Shown: positions 1 through 9,636 of the stretch, piece by piece | How positions within the stretch are numbered: position 1 is the first letter of the stretch | How the letters are laid out: every line of letters begins with the position of its first letter | Origin: Myxococcota bacterium | GTDB taxonomy: Bacteria > Myxococcota_A > Polyangia > HGW-17 | NCBI GenBank assembly: GCA_018821305.1 | Contig: JAHJMN010000021.1 | Location: 17,451-81,450 of the forward strand | Direction of reading: 5' to 3' | Length of the DNA stretch: 64,000 nt | Translations under genes and position numbers: made by a program | The notes under the pieces: generated by a model | Told to the model about the DNA's origin: nothing | The model's input: the letters and a program-made list of their open reading frames with translations, nothing else | The model's database searches: none

Positions 1-1
1 T

Positions 2-109
2 AAGGTTCCACCCCGTCAGTCTCACGATGGCAAGTGCACTCACACCCGGTGGAGTCGCAGTTGCAAAGACTGGAGTTTCAAGGAAGATTGATATATCAGA
101 CGGGCTCAT
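2..109 (-). CDS. mnmE: tRNA modification GTPase MnmE/TrmE, N-terminal fragment (runs off the window)
   Basis: Manual translation from ATG at 109: MSPSDISIFLETPVFATATPPGVSALAIVRLTG, matching the MnmE N-terminal ATPPG..IVRLSG motif; canonical position downstream of yidC. Not in the ORF track. Confidence 0.85.
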   Translation of the reverse strand, partial: MSPSDISIFLETPVFATATPPGVSALAIVRLTGWNL

Positions 110-2171
110 CGGTAAGATTCATATACCACTGATGTGCAAGGCCAAGAACCGTATTTGTAAGAATATAGAGAGTCAGCCCCGATGGCAGGAAAAGCATAAT
201 AAACGTAAACATGATGGGCATGAAATACATCATCATTTTTGCCTGCTGGTTGTCCCCGGAAGTCGGAGTGATCTTCTGCTGAATAAACATCAGAATACCC
301 ATGAGAAGGGGCAGGACGTACATTGGATCTTTAGCAGTCAGATCATCAATCCAACCGAAAAGCGGGGCCCGGTAAAGTTCAACAGAAGCCATAAGTGCAT
401 AATACCAGGCAATATATATCGGCATCTGGAAAAACATGGGTAAACAGCCACCAAGTGGGCTTACTTTATTCTTTTTATACAAAGCCATGATCTCTTCATT
501 CAGTTTGGCTTTATCGTTAGCATATTTTTTCTGAAGAGCATCCATTTCCGGCTTCAGGGCCGCCATTTTTTTCATGCTCCGCATGGATTTGTTGGTCCAG
601 TACAGTGTTGCAAGTTTAATCAAAATCGTCAGGAAAATGATCGCAAGGCCCCAGTTTCCAACAACTTTGAACACAACTTTTAGAAGCCAGATCATTGGTT
701 TACCAATAAGACCGAAAATACCCCAGTCTACACTTTTCTCAAGTCTAGCGCTTTTCTGACCACTGGAATCATTAACACCCTCAATGGGAACTTTTTTGAA
801 TATTTTTACGCTATTTAAATGATCCATATCTTTGGGACCAATAAATATTTTAAGTGGAATGCGTTCTATTTTCCCGGGTTCCAGAACATGCTTCCCAGCC
901 ATATTCATGGTAGTAATTATCAGACCATATCCGGGCATTTCTTTAATGGGAACAGCCCTGAAGGTGCACCCGCCGTCATCTCCTGCGTAGTTTTTAATAG
1001 CTACCATCAGAAAATAACGTGCATCGATTCCAGCCCATCTCGCTCCTTTGGCAAAAACACTGACTTTTGATGGAGTCCTGTTACACTGGCAACTTGAGCA
1101 ACCACTGCAGGCATTCATACAACCTTTGTCAGGCCCCCGGAGGATCATCATATAATTCTGGACCTGAACAGTATCTGCATCAAGGCAGATAGCTTCTTTC
1201 TGAACTGAAACTGGATTAAAAAATCCCCGGTCCGATTCACCCTCATGAAGAGAGGGAACCTGAATTTCCATTTTCTTTACAGCTACTTTGCTGTTACCGG
1301 TGTTTAAAAAATAAACATCAAGGCCTACTTCATAACTGTCGGGATAAAATGTGTATTTCTTTGTTATTTCTACGGGAAAGCATACTTCATCTTTTCCGTT
1401 TAAGTCCGGAGTACAAGGTTTATCCACCTTAAGTTTAAAGGTGATCTCCGTAAATTTTTCATTGTCTTTTCTCCCAATGAATTCCCATTCCTGCTCGAGA
1501 AACAAATTCCTTGAGGCAGAAGAAACGTTAAAAAATGTGTGTTTATCTAAACTTTCCGCATGTTTTTCAATTTTAATATTATTTAAAACGAAAGGAAGAA
1601 AGCTGCTGTGCCAGGTTTTAATCATGTCAATCTGCTGAAGAACTGTCTTTTTCTGACCATTCTTCAAAGCAGACTTTGGAACGGTATGTTCCTTGTATGA
1701 TTTATTTTTAAGGATAAAAGAACTGAAAACGCCCCCATGAATTGTCATCTGGGCTTTATAATATTTATTTTCGTAGAAAAGCTTTGGATTCTTTTCAGTG
1801 GACACATCAGGCCAGGCTGTACGACCGGTATGAAAAACAGGCCCACCTGGAGCCACTTTCGAAAATACACGTGGGTTATTCGCAGCTTCAGGTGCTTTTT
1901 TTATTTCGGGGATTGTTTTCTTCTCTGTCGCATCCTTAGTGGCTTTTGCGGCGACGGGGGTCGAATCCTTAGTGCCAACTGTTTTTAATGCAGAAGAATC
2001 CTGAGTTGGTTTTGCCACGGGTTTTGGAGTCTCACCGGCAGTTTTGGCAGTTTCAACTTTGGCCATGGGAATTTCTTTTTTTACAGGATTGTTTTTATTT
2101 TCCTGACCCATTGCGGCAAATGAGAAAAGCAATATTGACAAAACTGCGCCCCATAAAATGATATTTTTCAT
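96..2171 (-). CDS. yidC: Membrane protein insertase YidC (C-terminal part of a YidD-YidC ORF; internal ATG at 2171)
   Basis: Motifs GNWGLAIIFLTILIK, GGCLPMFFQMPI, WIDDLTAKDP and PSGLTLY; hydrophobic signal/TM segment after MKNIILW; AAGGG just upstream of the ATG at 2171. Confidence 0.95.
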   Translation of the reverse strand: MKNIILWGAVLSILLFSFAAMGQENKNNPVKKEIPMAKVETAKTAGETPKPVAKPTQDSSALKTVGTKDSTPVAAKATKDATEKKTIPEIKKAPEAANNPRVFSKVAPGGPVFHTGRTAWPDVSTEKNPKLFYENKYYKAQMTIHGGVFSSFILKNKSYKEHTVPKSALKNGQKKTVLQQIDMIKTWHSSFLPFVLNNIKIEKHAESLDKHTFFNVSSASRNLFLEQEWEFIGRKDNEKFTEITFKLKVDKPCTPDLNGKDEVCFPVEITKKYTFYPDSYEVGLDVYFLNTGNSKVAVKKMEIQVPSLHEGESDRGFFNPVSVQKEAICLDADTVQVQNYMMILRGPDKGCMNACSGCSSCQCNRTPSKVSVFAKGARWAGIDARYFLMVAIKNYAGDDGGCTFRAVPIKEMPGYGLIITTMNMAGKHVLEPGKIERIPLKIFIGPKDMDHLNSVKIFKKVPIEGVNDSSGQKSARLEKSVDWGIFGLIGKPMIWLLKVVFKVVGNWGLAIIFLTILIKLATLYWTNKSMRSMKKMAALKPEMDALQKKYANDKAKLNEEIMALYKKNKVSPLGGCLPMFFQMPIYIAWYYALMASVELYRAPLFGWIDDLTAKDPMYVLPLLMGILMFIQQKITPTSGDNQQAKMMMYFMPIMFTFIMLFLPSGLTLYILTNTVLGLAHQWYMNLTDEPV

Positions 2172-2417
2172 AATTTTACCCTTTTGAGATAATTTGAGCG
2201 GTTGTGGGGGAGGATCATAACCACCCTTGGAAAATGGATTACACCGAAGAATTCTGTAGATGCTATAAAGCAATCCAAGGAAAACACCTCTGTTCTTAAT
2301 GGAATCATAAGCATAGTGGCTGCAGGTAGGATAATACCTGCATGTAGGAGCTCGCTTGAGGGGCGAAAGATATACCTGATAAATTCGAATAAGTTTTAAC
2401 AGCAGTCGGCTAAACAA
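2172..2417 (-). CDS. yidD: Membrane protein insertion efficiency factor YidD (no stop codon; in frame with yidC)
   Basis: IRIYQVYLSP..CRYYPTCSHYA..RILRCNPFSKGGYDP is the YidD signature; located between rnpA and yidC. Confidence 0.93.
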
Positions 2418-2796
2418 TCCTTACTCCCGGTATCCTGGACTCCAGAATCGAAATAAAATCACTGATCTCAGTAACCAGTTTGGCAAATGGGGTATCAATT
2501 ATCCTGGTTTTAGGCAGGCATACGATATCCACGCTCAGGCTAATGATTTGAGGAATGTTCAACCGGACAGCCTCTTTCATCCGGCGTCGTATTCTATTTC
2601 TCCTGACAGCGTTGCCATTTTTTCGAGATACGGTAAATCCGCACCTGAAATGTTTCAGTTCATTTAATCTGTACAGGAAAATGAAATTTTCCGTTGAAAT
2701 GCGACTGCCGGCTGACTGAACCTGAAGAAAATCCGCTCTTTTCAGTAACCGAAAGGATCGGGGAAAGCGAAGATTTGTCCCTCCCGAACCATTCAA
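2410..2796 (-). CDS. rnpA: Ribonuclease P protein component
   Basis: RLLKRADF, GFTVSRK and AVRRNRIRRRMKE (RNR motif); follows rpmH. Confidence 0.96.
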   Translation of the reverse strand: MNGSGGTNLRFPRSFRLLKRADFLQVQSAGSRISTENFIFLYRLNELKHFRCGFTVSRKNGNAVRRNRIRRRMKEAVRLNIPQIISLSVDIVCLPKTRIIDTPFAKLVTEISDFISILESRIPGVRIV

Positions 2797-2808
2797 GATA
2801 CTGCCCCG

Positions 2809-2958
2809 CTACTTACTGAATATAGAAACAGTGAGGGATTTACGCCCTTTGGCTCGTCTACGGGCAAGAACTTTACGGCCGTTTTTAGTTGACATTCTTT
2901 TGCGAAAACCATGGGTTCTCATTCTTGATTTACAGTGTGGTTGATAAGGTCTTTTCAT
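2809..2958 (-). CDS. rpmH: 50S ribosomal protein L34
   Basis: [36 protein letters not shown]; start reassigned to ATG 2958 with GGAGG upstream. Confidence 0.97.
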   Translation of the reverse strand: MKRPYQPHCKSRMRTHGFRKRMSTKNGRKVLARRRAKGRKSLTVSIFSK

Positions 2959-3197
2959 AATATTCCTCCGAAAAACAAATCGTATCCTGCCCTGATTTTT
3001 CAGTAGCAGTCGATCTTCAAGCTGAAGAGCAATTAGCATCTCTTTTTCTCAAAGTCAATGAAAACCTGACAAGCAACTTCCTTTTCCGACGGATTTTCTA
3101 AACAATGACAGGCGAAAATAAATTAAGTTAACTCGGAAATAGATACCCCGCAGTCGGAGGAAAGTAAAAACATTTGTTATATTACGTCCAACATATA

Positions 3198-3343
3198 TAG
3201 TTACTGTCCTGAAATACCGAAAATCAAATTTTTTGCCCAATTTTTGCTCAGGACAGTAACCGCAAGGTGTTGAAAATATTACTAGTGGCCTGTTAGAAAT
3301 TTTAATAAATTTCTTCGCGAAGCGAATTACAGGACACTAACTA
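3198..3343 (+). mobile_element. MITE-like repeat family A, copy 1 (146 bp)
   Basis: Imperfect 18-bp terminal inverted repeats TAGTTACTGTCCTGAAAT ... ATTACAGGACACTAACTA; TA at both ends; several near-identical copies in the window. Confidence 0.85.
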
Positions 3344-3664
3344 TATAGAGATTTTCCGTAAAAATTCTGAATTGATATCCCTCAAGTTTCGTTATTTATT
3401 GACCGTGGCGATTTATAGACTTAATATCTGGTTTAATTTGTCTCTAACCAGAAATTTGGTGAGTAAAAAATCAGCAATTTTCAAGTTGGAGAAAGGCTCT
3501 GATTCTTTATTATTTTTATTATTTTTGTCCGTTTAAATATATTTTTCCTATAGCGAATCTACGGGCAAAGACAAGATAAAGTACTTTCGTATCTTTATAA
3601 CTTTCAAGGTATTGTATACCTTATTTAATTCTTTCAGATTACTGAAAGAACTCCGGAGGAAAAT

Positions 3665-4015
3665 ATGTTCAGAGAGCACCTGAAAAAGCTCGTTGAAAAT
3701 GTTGAAGGTGCAAAAGCCGCGTTGCTCATGGAGTTTGATGGAATACAAGTGGACAGTTACACTTCCGGAGATATGGATATCATTACTCTGGGGACAGAGT
3801 TTTCTCAACTCATGACTCATGTTAAAAGAACTGCTTCAATACTTGAAGTTGGTGGTCTTGAAGAAATGATGGTAAAGACTGAAGATCTGATACTTGTATT
3901 CAGAGTCGTAAATATTGATTATTTTCTGGTCGTTGCTATGACCTCCGCCGGAAATTTTGGTAAGGCCCGATTTGTATTACGCCTTACGGTTCCCCGCATG
4001 TTGGAGGAATTTTAA
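3665..4015 (+). CDS. mglC: Roadblock/LC7 protein, MglC-like polarity factor
   Basis: MFREHL..VEGA..MEFDGI (FDGI motif) and GNFGKARFVLR closely resemble Myxococcus MglC; located upstream of an SgmX-like gene; GGAGG RBS. Confidence 0.8.
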   Translation: MFREHLKKLVENVEGAKAALLMEFDGIQVDSYTSGDMDIITLGTEFSQLMTHVKRTASILEVGGLEEMMVKTEDLILVFRVVNIDYFLVVAMTSAGNFGKARFVLRLTVPRMLEEF

Positions 4016-4239
4016 GGATAATGGTGATTTTAAGATCACTTCCTTGATTTTTCAGGAACAAAGCCGATTTTTAATCTACAGCAATAATATTGCTGTTGGT
4101 TCATTAGGGATTGTCCTGAAACACAGTTTTTCAATTTTCGTCGGTTTCAGACGCTGCGGTATGGCAAATTTGATGTATCTTTAATAAAATTAAGATACTT
4201 TCATGATGCCATCAGAGTTTTTTTAAGGAGTTTGGCCAC

Positions 4240-7185
4240 TTGGCTTCTATTAATAAAGATAAGATCGCGGAAACTGCGCAGAAATACCTTAAGAAAAATC
4301 AGTTCAGTAAAGCTATTGCGGAACTGAAAAAAATCGTTGACGCAGATCCTTCTGACATGAGGTATTGGAAAAAAATTGGGGATATCCAAGTTCGTGCTGG
4401 GGACAAAGATGGGGCAGTAGAAACTTATCTCAAAGTCAGCGATGATTTCACTAAGCAAGGATTTTACTCAAAAGCCTTAGCAATTTTGCAACAAATCCAG
4501 TCAATGGATCCAAATATTCCTGAGGTATATCTTAAACTTGCCGACGTATATATCGCTACTGAGTTCACGCCGGATGCTTTATATCAACTGGAAAAGCTCT
4601 GCAGGATTTATGAAAACAAAGGTGATATCGACAACCATTTGATTGCCCTGAATAAAATGGCGGATATCGATCCGTCAAAAGTCATTCACAGGGTCCATCT
4701 TGCAGAAACCTACAGCAAACTCGGACGAAAGCGGGAAGCTGCTCAAAATTTCTCTAAAGTAGCTGATTTTCTCTTCGCAGAAGGAAAAGATAGTGATTTC
4801 ATAAAGGTTGCTGAAAGGCTCCTCTGGCACGATCCCGACGACGCTAAAGTTATAAAACGACTTGCCAATGCGTACCTGAAAGTTGGCAATTCTCAGAAAA
4901 TCATGAAGCGGTTGCTCCAGATCTACCAGAATAATCCGGATGATACAGAAACCCTTCACTTGCTTGCTCGCGTATTTATGGACTCTGATAAAAAAGAGAA
5001 GGCTGTTTTTGTTTATAAGGAATTGGCAAAACTTCACTCTCATATGGGTAAAAATGATGAAGCGGAAGCAATATACAAGCGAATTCTTGAAATAGACGAA
5101 GACGATCCGGATGCCAGAAAATTTATATATGGGGAGCAGGAGATCTCCAATATAGAGGAAATTTCTGGGGTTGAAGAAATTTCCGGAATTGAAGAAATGC
5201 CCGGTGAGGATAGTGATGTCCATGAAATGGGGGACGATCTTGAAGAAATAGAAGAAGACGACCTGATTATGATGGAGGAAAGCAAGGAGAACGAAGATCA
5301 TAAACTCCTTGACGAAAGTGAGGCTTTCCTGCGCTATGGGCTGGTCGAAAAAGCTGTAGATAATCTTAAAATAATATCAAACAAAGATTCCGAAAGGTTT
5401 TTCATTGTTTCCAAAGAGATCGCAGTCAAAAAAGGGCAAAAAAATGAAGCCCTTGAGCTTCTCAAGAGACTTTCAAATTTATCCTTCAATACTGATAGAA
5501 AGAAATCAGGAGATTTTGCATCGGAAGCTCTTGAAATTGAGCCTGGTATCCAGTGGGCGATGGATATTATTAATTCACAAACGGCAAGAAATAAGCCGAT
5601 GACGACCATGGAAATTGCTGCGACGCTTGATCTTGACGAAGCTCTAGACATGCTTGATGAAATTGGCGCACCGGGAGATTCAATGGAGTCAGAATTGCTC
5701 CTTGATGAATCCTGGACGACTCAAGCTCAAGTCCACAGTGATGATGAAATCAAAGAGGCTATTTCTAAAAAAGACAGCAAACCCGTTGAAGACCAGTTTT
5801 CTGATGATGAAGATTTCGAAAAAATGCTTGTAGCGTTGAAAGGTTTGACCACGGGAGAAATTCCTGTGTACGACGACGACTCTCTTGTAGATGATGAGGA
5901 TTCGGATTCACAAAATGATATCGTTCTGGACACTTCCCATTTTGGTGTTGATGATTTCAGCATGGAAATGGATGAGTTGGCCGATTTGCAGGAGGCCAGC
6001 CAGAGTTTCATTCGTATTAGAGAACTTTCTCAGGACGAAATAAGGCTGGACAGCATGCATTCACCTCAACCTCAGATAGAGGTTGAAGAATCAAGTCTTA
6101 CGGCATCAGCTATACCGGAAATTGATGACAACGAAGCATTTGATGATTTCAATTTTGGTGTTTTCGAAGAACCTTCCGGAAAAATTGAAGCACCTGCTGC
6201 TACCAGTGAAAAAGCTCCTGGAGAATTCGGGTTTGAACCAACTCTGGACAGCTATGAAAAACTTATGAATTTCTCCGAAAGGGTAAAGAGTGAACTTTCG
6301 GGATTCGAACATAATGAAGATACGGGAAGTGAAAAGGAAGCCCCTTCTAAAGCGATTCTTACTCCCGAACCTGTACCACTTTCAGACGAGGCTCTTGAGG
6401 CACTTAATGAGATTGATTTTTTTATAGAAACGGATCTCATTGATGATGCACTTGCCGCAGCACAGGAGCTTTTCGCATCCAATCCGCATCCCGATGTAAA
6501 AGCTAAACTAAAACAAGTACTTGAACTTATCGGGGCGGACGATGAAGAAGAGCATACCCCGGTTGTTGCTATTCCGAATATTCCGGAAGCAATGCCCGGC
6601 AGAACATCAAATGCTGAACCTGATATTAGTGAATTTGAGCCTGACATTGAACTGAACCTTGGGGAGCTTTCTTCAGATGAAAATCTTGATTTGAATCTTG
6701 ATTTGAATCTTGATTTCAATGAAGAAGAAGTGACAGCCATTCAGGGTTTGGATCTTCTCAAGTCTGGGATACCTGAGAATGCATCTCGTGTTGAGGAGAG
6801 TGTTAGAATCGAAACCGGCTCTGCAATTGGAGACGCAAATACTCACTTTGACTTAGGTCTTGCTTATAAAGAAATGGGTCTGACAAATCAAGCGATAGAA
6901 GAGTTTAAGCATGCCATGGAATCCCCCGGGGCAAAAATCAAATCCATGATCATGATCTCCAAGTGTCATCTTGAACTTGGAGAAAAAATGAAAGCTTCCA
7001 ATGAACTGAAAGCTGCTCTCCACAGTGATTCGATAAATCCTGATGAAGAGTTGGATATTTATTTCGAATTGGGTAAAATCTACCTCGAGATGAACGACAA
7101 GGAAGAGGCTTCCTATTATTTGAAAAAAGTAGTCAGAAAAGACCCTGATTATCGTGGAGTTAATAAACTTCTAACTGAGCTATAA
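4240..7185 (+). CDS. sgmX: Large TPR protein, SgmX-like type IV pilus/polarity regulator
   Basis: N-terminal TPR array, long acidic linker, C-terminal TPRs (THFDLGLAYKEMGL..AIEEF); same architecture and mglC linkage as Myxococcus SgmX. Confidence 0.72.
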   Translation: MASINKDKIAETAQKYLKKNQFSKAIAELKKIVDADPSDMRYWKKIGDIQVRAGDKDGAVETYLKVSDDFTKQGFYSKALAILQQIQSMDPNIPEVYLKLADVYIATEFTPDALYQLEKLCRIYENKGDIDNHLIALNKMADIDPSKVIHRVHLAETYSKLGRKREAAQNFSKVADFLFAEGKDSDFIKVAERLLWHDPDDAKVIKRLANAYLKVGNSQKIMKRLLQIYQNNPDDTETLHLLARVFMDSDKKEKAVFVYKELAKLHSHMGKNDEAEAIYKRILEIDEDDPDARKFIYGEQEISNIEEISGVEEISGIEEMPGEDSDVHEMGDDLEEIEEDDLIMMEESKENEDHKLLDESEAFLRYGLVEKAVDNLKIISNKDSERFFIVSKEIAVKKGQKNEALELLKRLSNLSFNTDRKKSGDFASEALEIEPGIQWAMDIINSQTARNKPMTTMEIAATLDLDEALDMLDEIGAPGDSMESELLLDESWTTQAQVHSDDEIKEAISKKDSKPVEDQFSDDEDFEKMLVALKGLTTGEIPVYDDDSLVDDEDSDSQNDIVLDTSHFGVDDFSMEMDELADLQEASQSFIRIRELSQDEIRLDSMHSPQPQIEVEESSLTASAIPEIDDNEAFDDFNFGVFEEPSGKIEAPAATSEKAPGEFGFEPTLDSYEKLMNFSERVKSELSGFEHNEDTGSEKEAPSKAILTPEPVPLSDEALEALNEIDFFIETDLIDDALAAAQELFASNPHPDVKAKLKQVLELIGADDEEEHTPVVAIPNIPEAMPGRTSNAEPDISEFEPDIELNLGELSSDENLDLNLDLNLDFNEEEVTAIQGLDLLKSGIPENASRVEESVRIETGSAIGDANTHFDLGLAYKEMGLTNQAIEEFKHAMESPGAKIKSMIMISKCHLELGEKMKASNELKAALHSDSINPDEELDIYFELGKIYLEMNDKEEASYYLKKVVRKDPDYRGVNKLLTEL

Positions 7186-7284
7186 AAATCAGGTCTTATC
7201 ATTTTGAGTTTTATAAAAAGTACTTCTTTTAATATTATACTGGTCACCAGTATATATAATAACCTGAAACCTTAGGAGTCGGCG

Positions 7285-8661
7285 ATGGCTGGAGAAACTA
7301 TCCTGGTAATCGATGACAGCCCTACTATTATTAAAGTAGTTGAACTTGTCCTTACAAAAGCCGGTTACAAAATAATCAGCGCATCTGATGGAGTGGAAGG
7401 GATTGAGAAAGCCAGAGAAGAGAAACCTGACATGGTTCTTCTTGACTTTGTTATGCCTAAAATGAATGGATATCAGGTTTGTAAACACTTTTCAGAAAGT
7501 CCTGACCTTAGCTCTATTCCAGTAGTCCTTATGAGCGCAAAAGGCGAGCAAGTTGGTGAGCGATTTGTCAAGGTCATGGGCATTGTTGATTATATTACTA
7601 AACCATTCAGTCCTGAAGCCATTACTGCCGTTGTCTCTCACACTCTATCCAGGGGAGCAGAGATAACTGAGGAACCGGTTATTCCTCAATCTCGTGAAGA
7701 AGTTGCAGAAGAAGCAGATTTTGAAGCAAGAGTCTGGAAACAGGCCCTTGCCAAATTGAGAAATTCCCTTGCAAGGACCATTGGAAGTTCGGTCGCATCT
7801 ATTGACTCAGGCTTCTCAGACGATGAAACACTATTTAATGAAATAAAAAATACTCTCTCGGATCAATTCCTTGAAGGCTGCCTCGGCGAACTCCGGTCTC
7901 ATTCGCCTAAATTAGCTGCCGAATCCGACAGTGGTATGACAGGAGATCTTTCCATAATTCCCGTTTCTGAAATATTTTTCCTCCTTCAGAATCAACGGCA
8001 GACAGGAATTCTTACTGTAAGTAAAAACTCGACAAAGGTGGATATTTATTTTAATGGAGGAAGGATAGATCTTGCCTCCGCTGCAGGTATCAGTGAAGAG
8101 TACCTTCTTGGTCGCTACGTTATAGATCTTGGACTCATGTCAAGAAACGAAATGGATGAATTCCTCAGTATTCAGGAAAACCGAAATCTTCTTGGTCTTC
8201 AACTCGTAAAACAATCAAAACTTACGGAAACCGAAGTAAAACAGGCAATGACTCTTCAAACCAGAGAGCTTTGCTATGAACTTCTCCGATGGAACAACGG
8301 CCGATTCGCATATCGCTTATGCAAGCCTCTTCCAGCAGTTGCTATTGAGGCGTCTCTGGGTTTAAATGTAGACTCTATTCTTATAGAAGGCTTTAGAAAA
8401 GTTGATGAATGGCATGTCATTGAAAGAGAAATAGATGATTTTGACATTGTTCTCCTTCGCAATGATGATGCCATCGTGCAGATTGGAAGACATAAACTTG
8501 AGCAGGATGAACTGACTGTTTTAGAATTAATAAATGGCAGAAATACGATCAGAGATATTATTCGAAAAAGCAGAATGGGCTCTTTTGACGTTACAAAGAT
8601 GCTCTATAGGCTTTTATCCTCTAAACTTGTGAGGAAAAGGGTTTCAGCTGTTGCAACGTGA
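7285..8661 (+). CDS. Response regulator, REC plus DUF4388/PATAN-like domain (PatA/PilG-position protein)
   Basis: REC motifs LVIDDS, LLDFVMP and TKPF; C-terminal GDLSIIPVSEIFFLL..TGILTV..IYFNGG..LLRWNNGRF typical of DUF4388. Confidence 0.85.
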   Translation: MAGETILVIDDSPTIIKVVELVLTKAGYKIISASDGVEGIEKAREEKPDMVLLDFVMPKMNGYQVCKHFSESPDLSSIPVVLMSAKGEQVGERFVKVMGIVDYITKPFSPEAITAVVSHTLSRGAEITEEPVIPQSREEVAEEADFEARVWKQALAKLRNSLARTIGSSVASIDSGFSDDETLFNEIKNTLSDQFLEGCLGELRSHSPKLAAESDSGMTGDLSIIPVSEIFFLLQNQRQTGILTVSKNSTKVDIYFNGGRIDLASAAGISEEYLLGRYVIDLGLMSRNEMDEFLSIQENRNLLGLQLVKQSKLTETEVKQAMTLQTRELCYELLRWNNGRFAYRLCKPLPAVAIEASLGLNVDSILIEGFRKVDEWHVIEREIDDFDIVLLRNDDAIVQIGRHKLEQDELTVLELINGRNTIRDIIRKSRMGSFDVTKMLYRLLSSKLVRKRVSAVAT

Positions 8662-8822
8662 TAAAAATAGCGTATTATCTGTTGCGGTTGTATTGAACCT
8701 TTGTTTTTTTTTAAAATATGCAAACCGGATTCTGGCAATTCGGATTTTGCAAACTTGTTGCGTGTCAAAACGCACATACCGGAGATACATTTTTCTTCCG
8801 GGTTAATTTAAGGATTCGGATC

Positions 8823-9194
8823 ATGGCAACTATTCTAATAGCTGATGATTCACCAACTTCCAGAAAAGCCATCACATCTGTGCTGGAACCTATGGGACAC
8901 GAGATTATTCAGGCATTTGACGGTGCCGAAGCTTGGGATAAAATTCAGTCAATTAAGCCTGACATTGTTATTCTCGATATTCTCATGCCCAAAATTGGAG
9001 GCTTTGAACTATCAAGGCAAATCAAATCAACGGTTTCCCTTTCTCACATTGGAATTATTATCCTTACTTCGTTGAAACAACAAACGAACAAATACTGGGG
9101 GCTCAAGCAGGGAGCTGATTACTATCTCACAAAACCTGCTCATCCTCAGGAACTCAAGTCTTGTATTGAAACTCTCATGGAGAACAACAATTGA
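8823..9194 (+). CDS. Single-domain CheY/PilH-like response regulator
   Basis: ILIADDS, ILDILMP, KYWGLKQGADYYLTKP (PilH-like); start reassigned to ATG 8823. Confidence 0.88.
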   Translation: MATILIADDSPTSRKAITSVLEPMGHEIIQAFDGAEAWDKIQSIKPDIVILDILMPKIGGFELSRQIKSTVSLSHIGIIILTSLKQQTNKYWGLKQGADYYLTKPAHPQELKSCIETLMENNN

Positions 9195-9628
9195 GCACTT
9201 TTCGGGTAGTAATCTTCCGTATCGGAGATAAATTTGCCGCGGTGGAAGAGAAGTACTCGGAAGAATTCTTTGTCCTTAATCAAATTACCAGAATCCCGGT
9301 ATCTCCAGCATACATGGGAAACGTTGTAAATTGGCAGGGCAGCATTATTCCAGTCATTGATATCGCTCCCTTTTTTGGAGATCCTGTACGCCCGGTTGTT
9401 TCAAAAATGATCGCCCTTGCCATCAACACCACGGGGAAAGAAAGTGTTTTTTCTATCGTCACCGATGGAATAGACACAGTAAGTGAATTGGAAGAATCAG
9501 AAGAGATAAAAAATGATCTTCCATTTTTTGCTTCAAGTCTGTTAAAGTTCAAGGATGAGGAAATTTTTCTTGTTTCACCATTTAAAATAGAAAAGTTTAT
9601 CATAAACCATTTGAAAAAGATAATCTGA
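9191..9628 (+). CDS. cheW: CheW-like coupling protein
   Basis: ITRIPVSPAYMGNVVNWQGSIIPVID motif; lies between cheY-like and MCP genes. Confidence 0.88.
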   Translation: MSTFRVVIFRIGDKFAAVEEKYSEEFFVLNQITRIPVSPAYMGNVVNWQGSIIPVIDIAPFFGDPVRPVVSKMIALAINTTGKESVFSIVTDGIDTVSELEESEEIKNDLPFFASSLLKFKDEEIFLVSPFKIEKFIINHLKKII

Positions 9629-9636
9629 GTAATAAA

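Noticed and set aside
2959..3664. oriC upstream of rpmH
   Set aside because: No dnaA and no recognisable DnaA-box cluster.
5137..6720. Short repeats in sgmX (EEISG x3; NLDL x3 at 6681-6716)
   Set aside because: Ordinary in-frame low-complexity repeats in an acidic disordered linker.
8731..8751. Sigma-54 promoter upstream of the cheY-like gene (TGGCA...TTGC)
   Set aside because: The GG-to-GC spacing is 3 bp too long.
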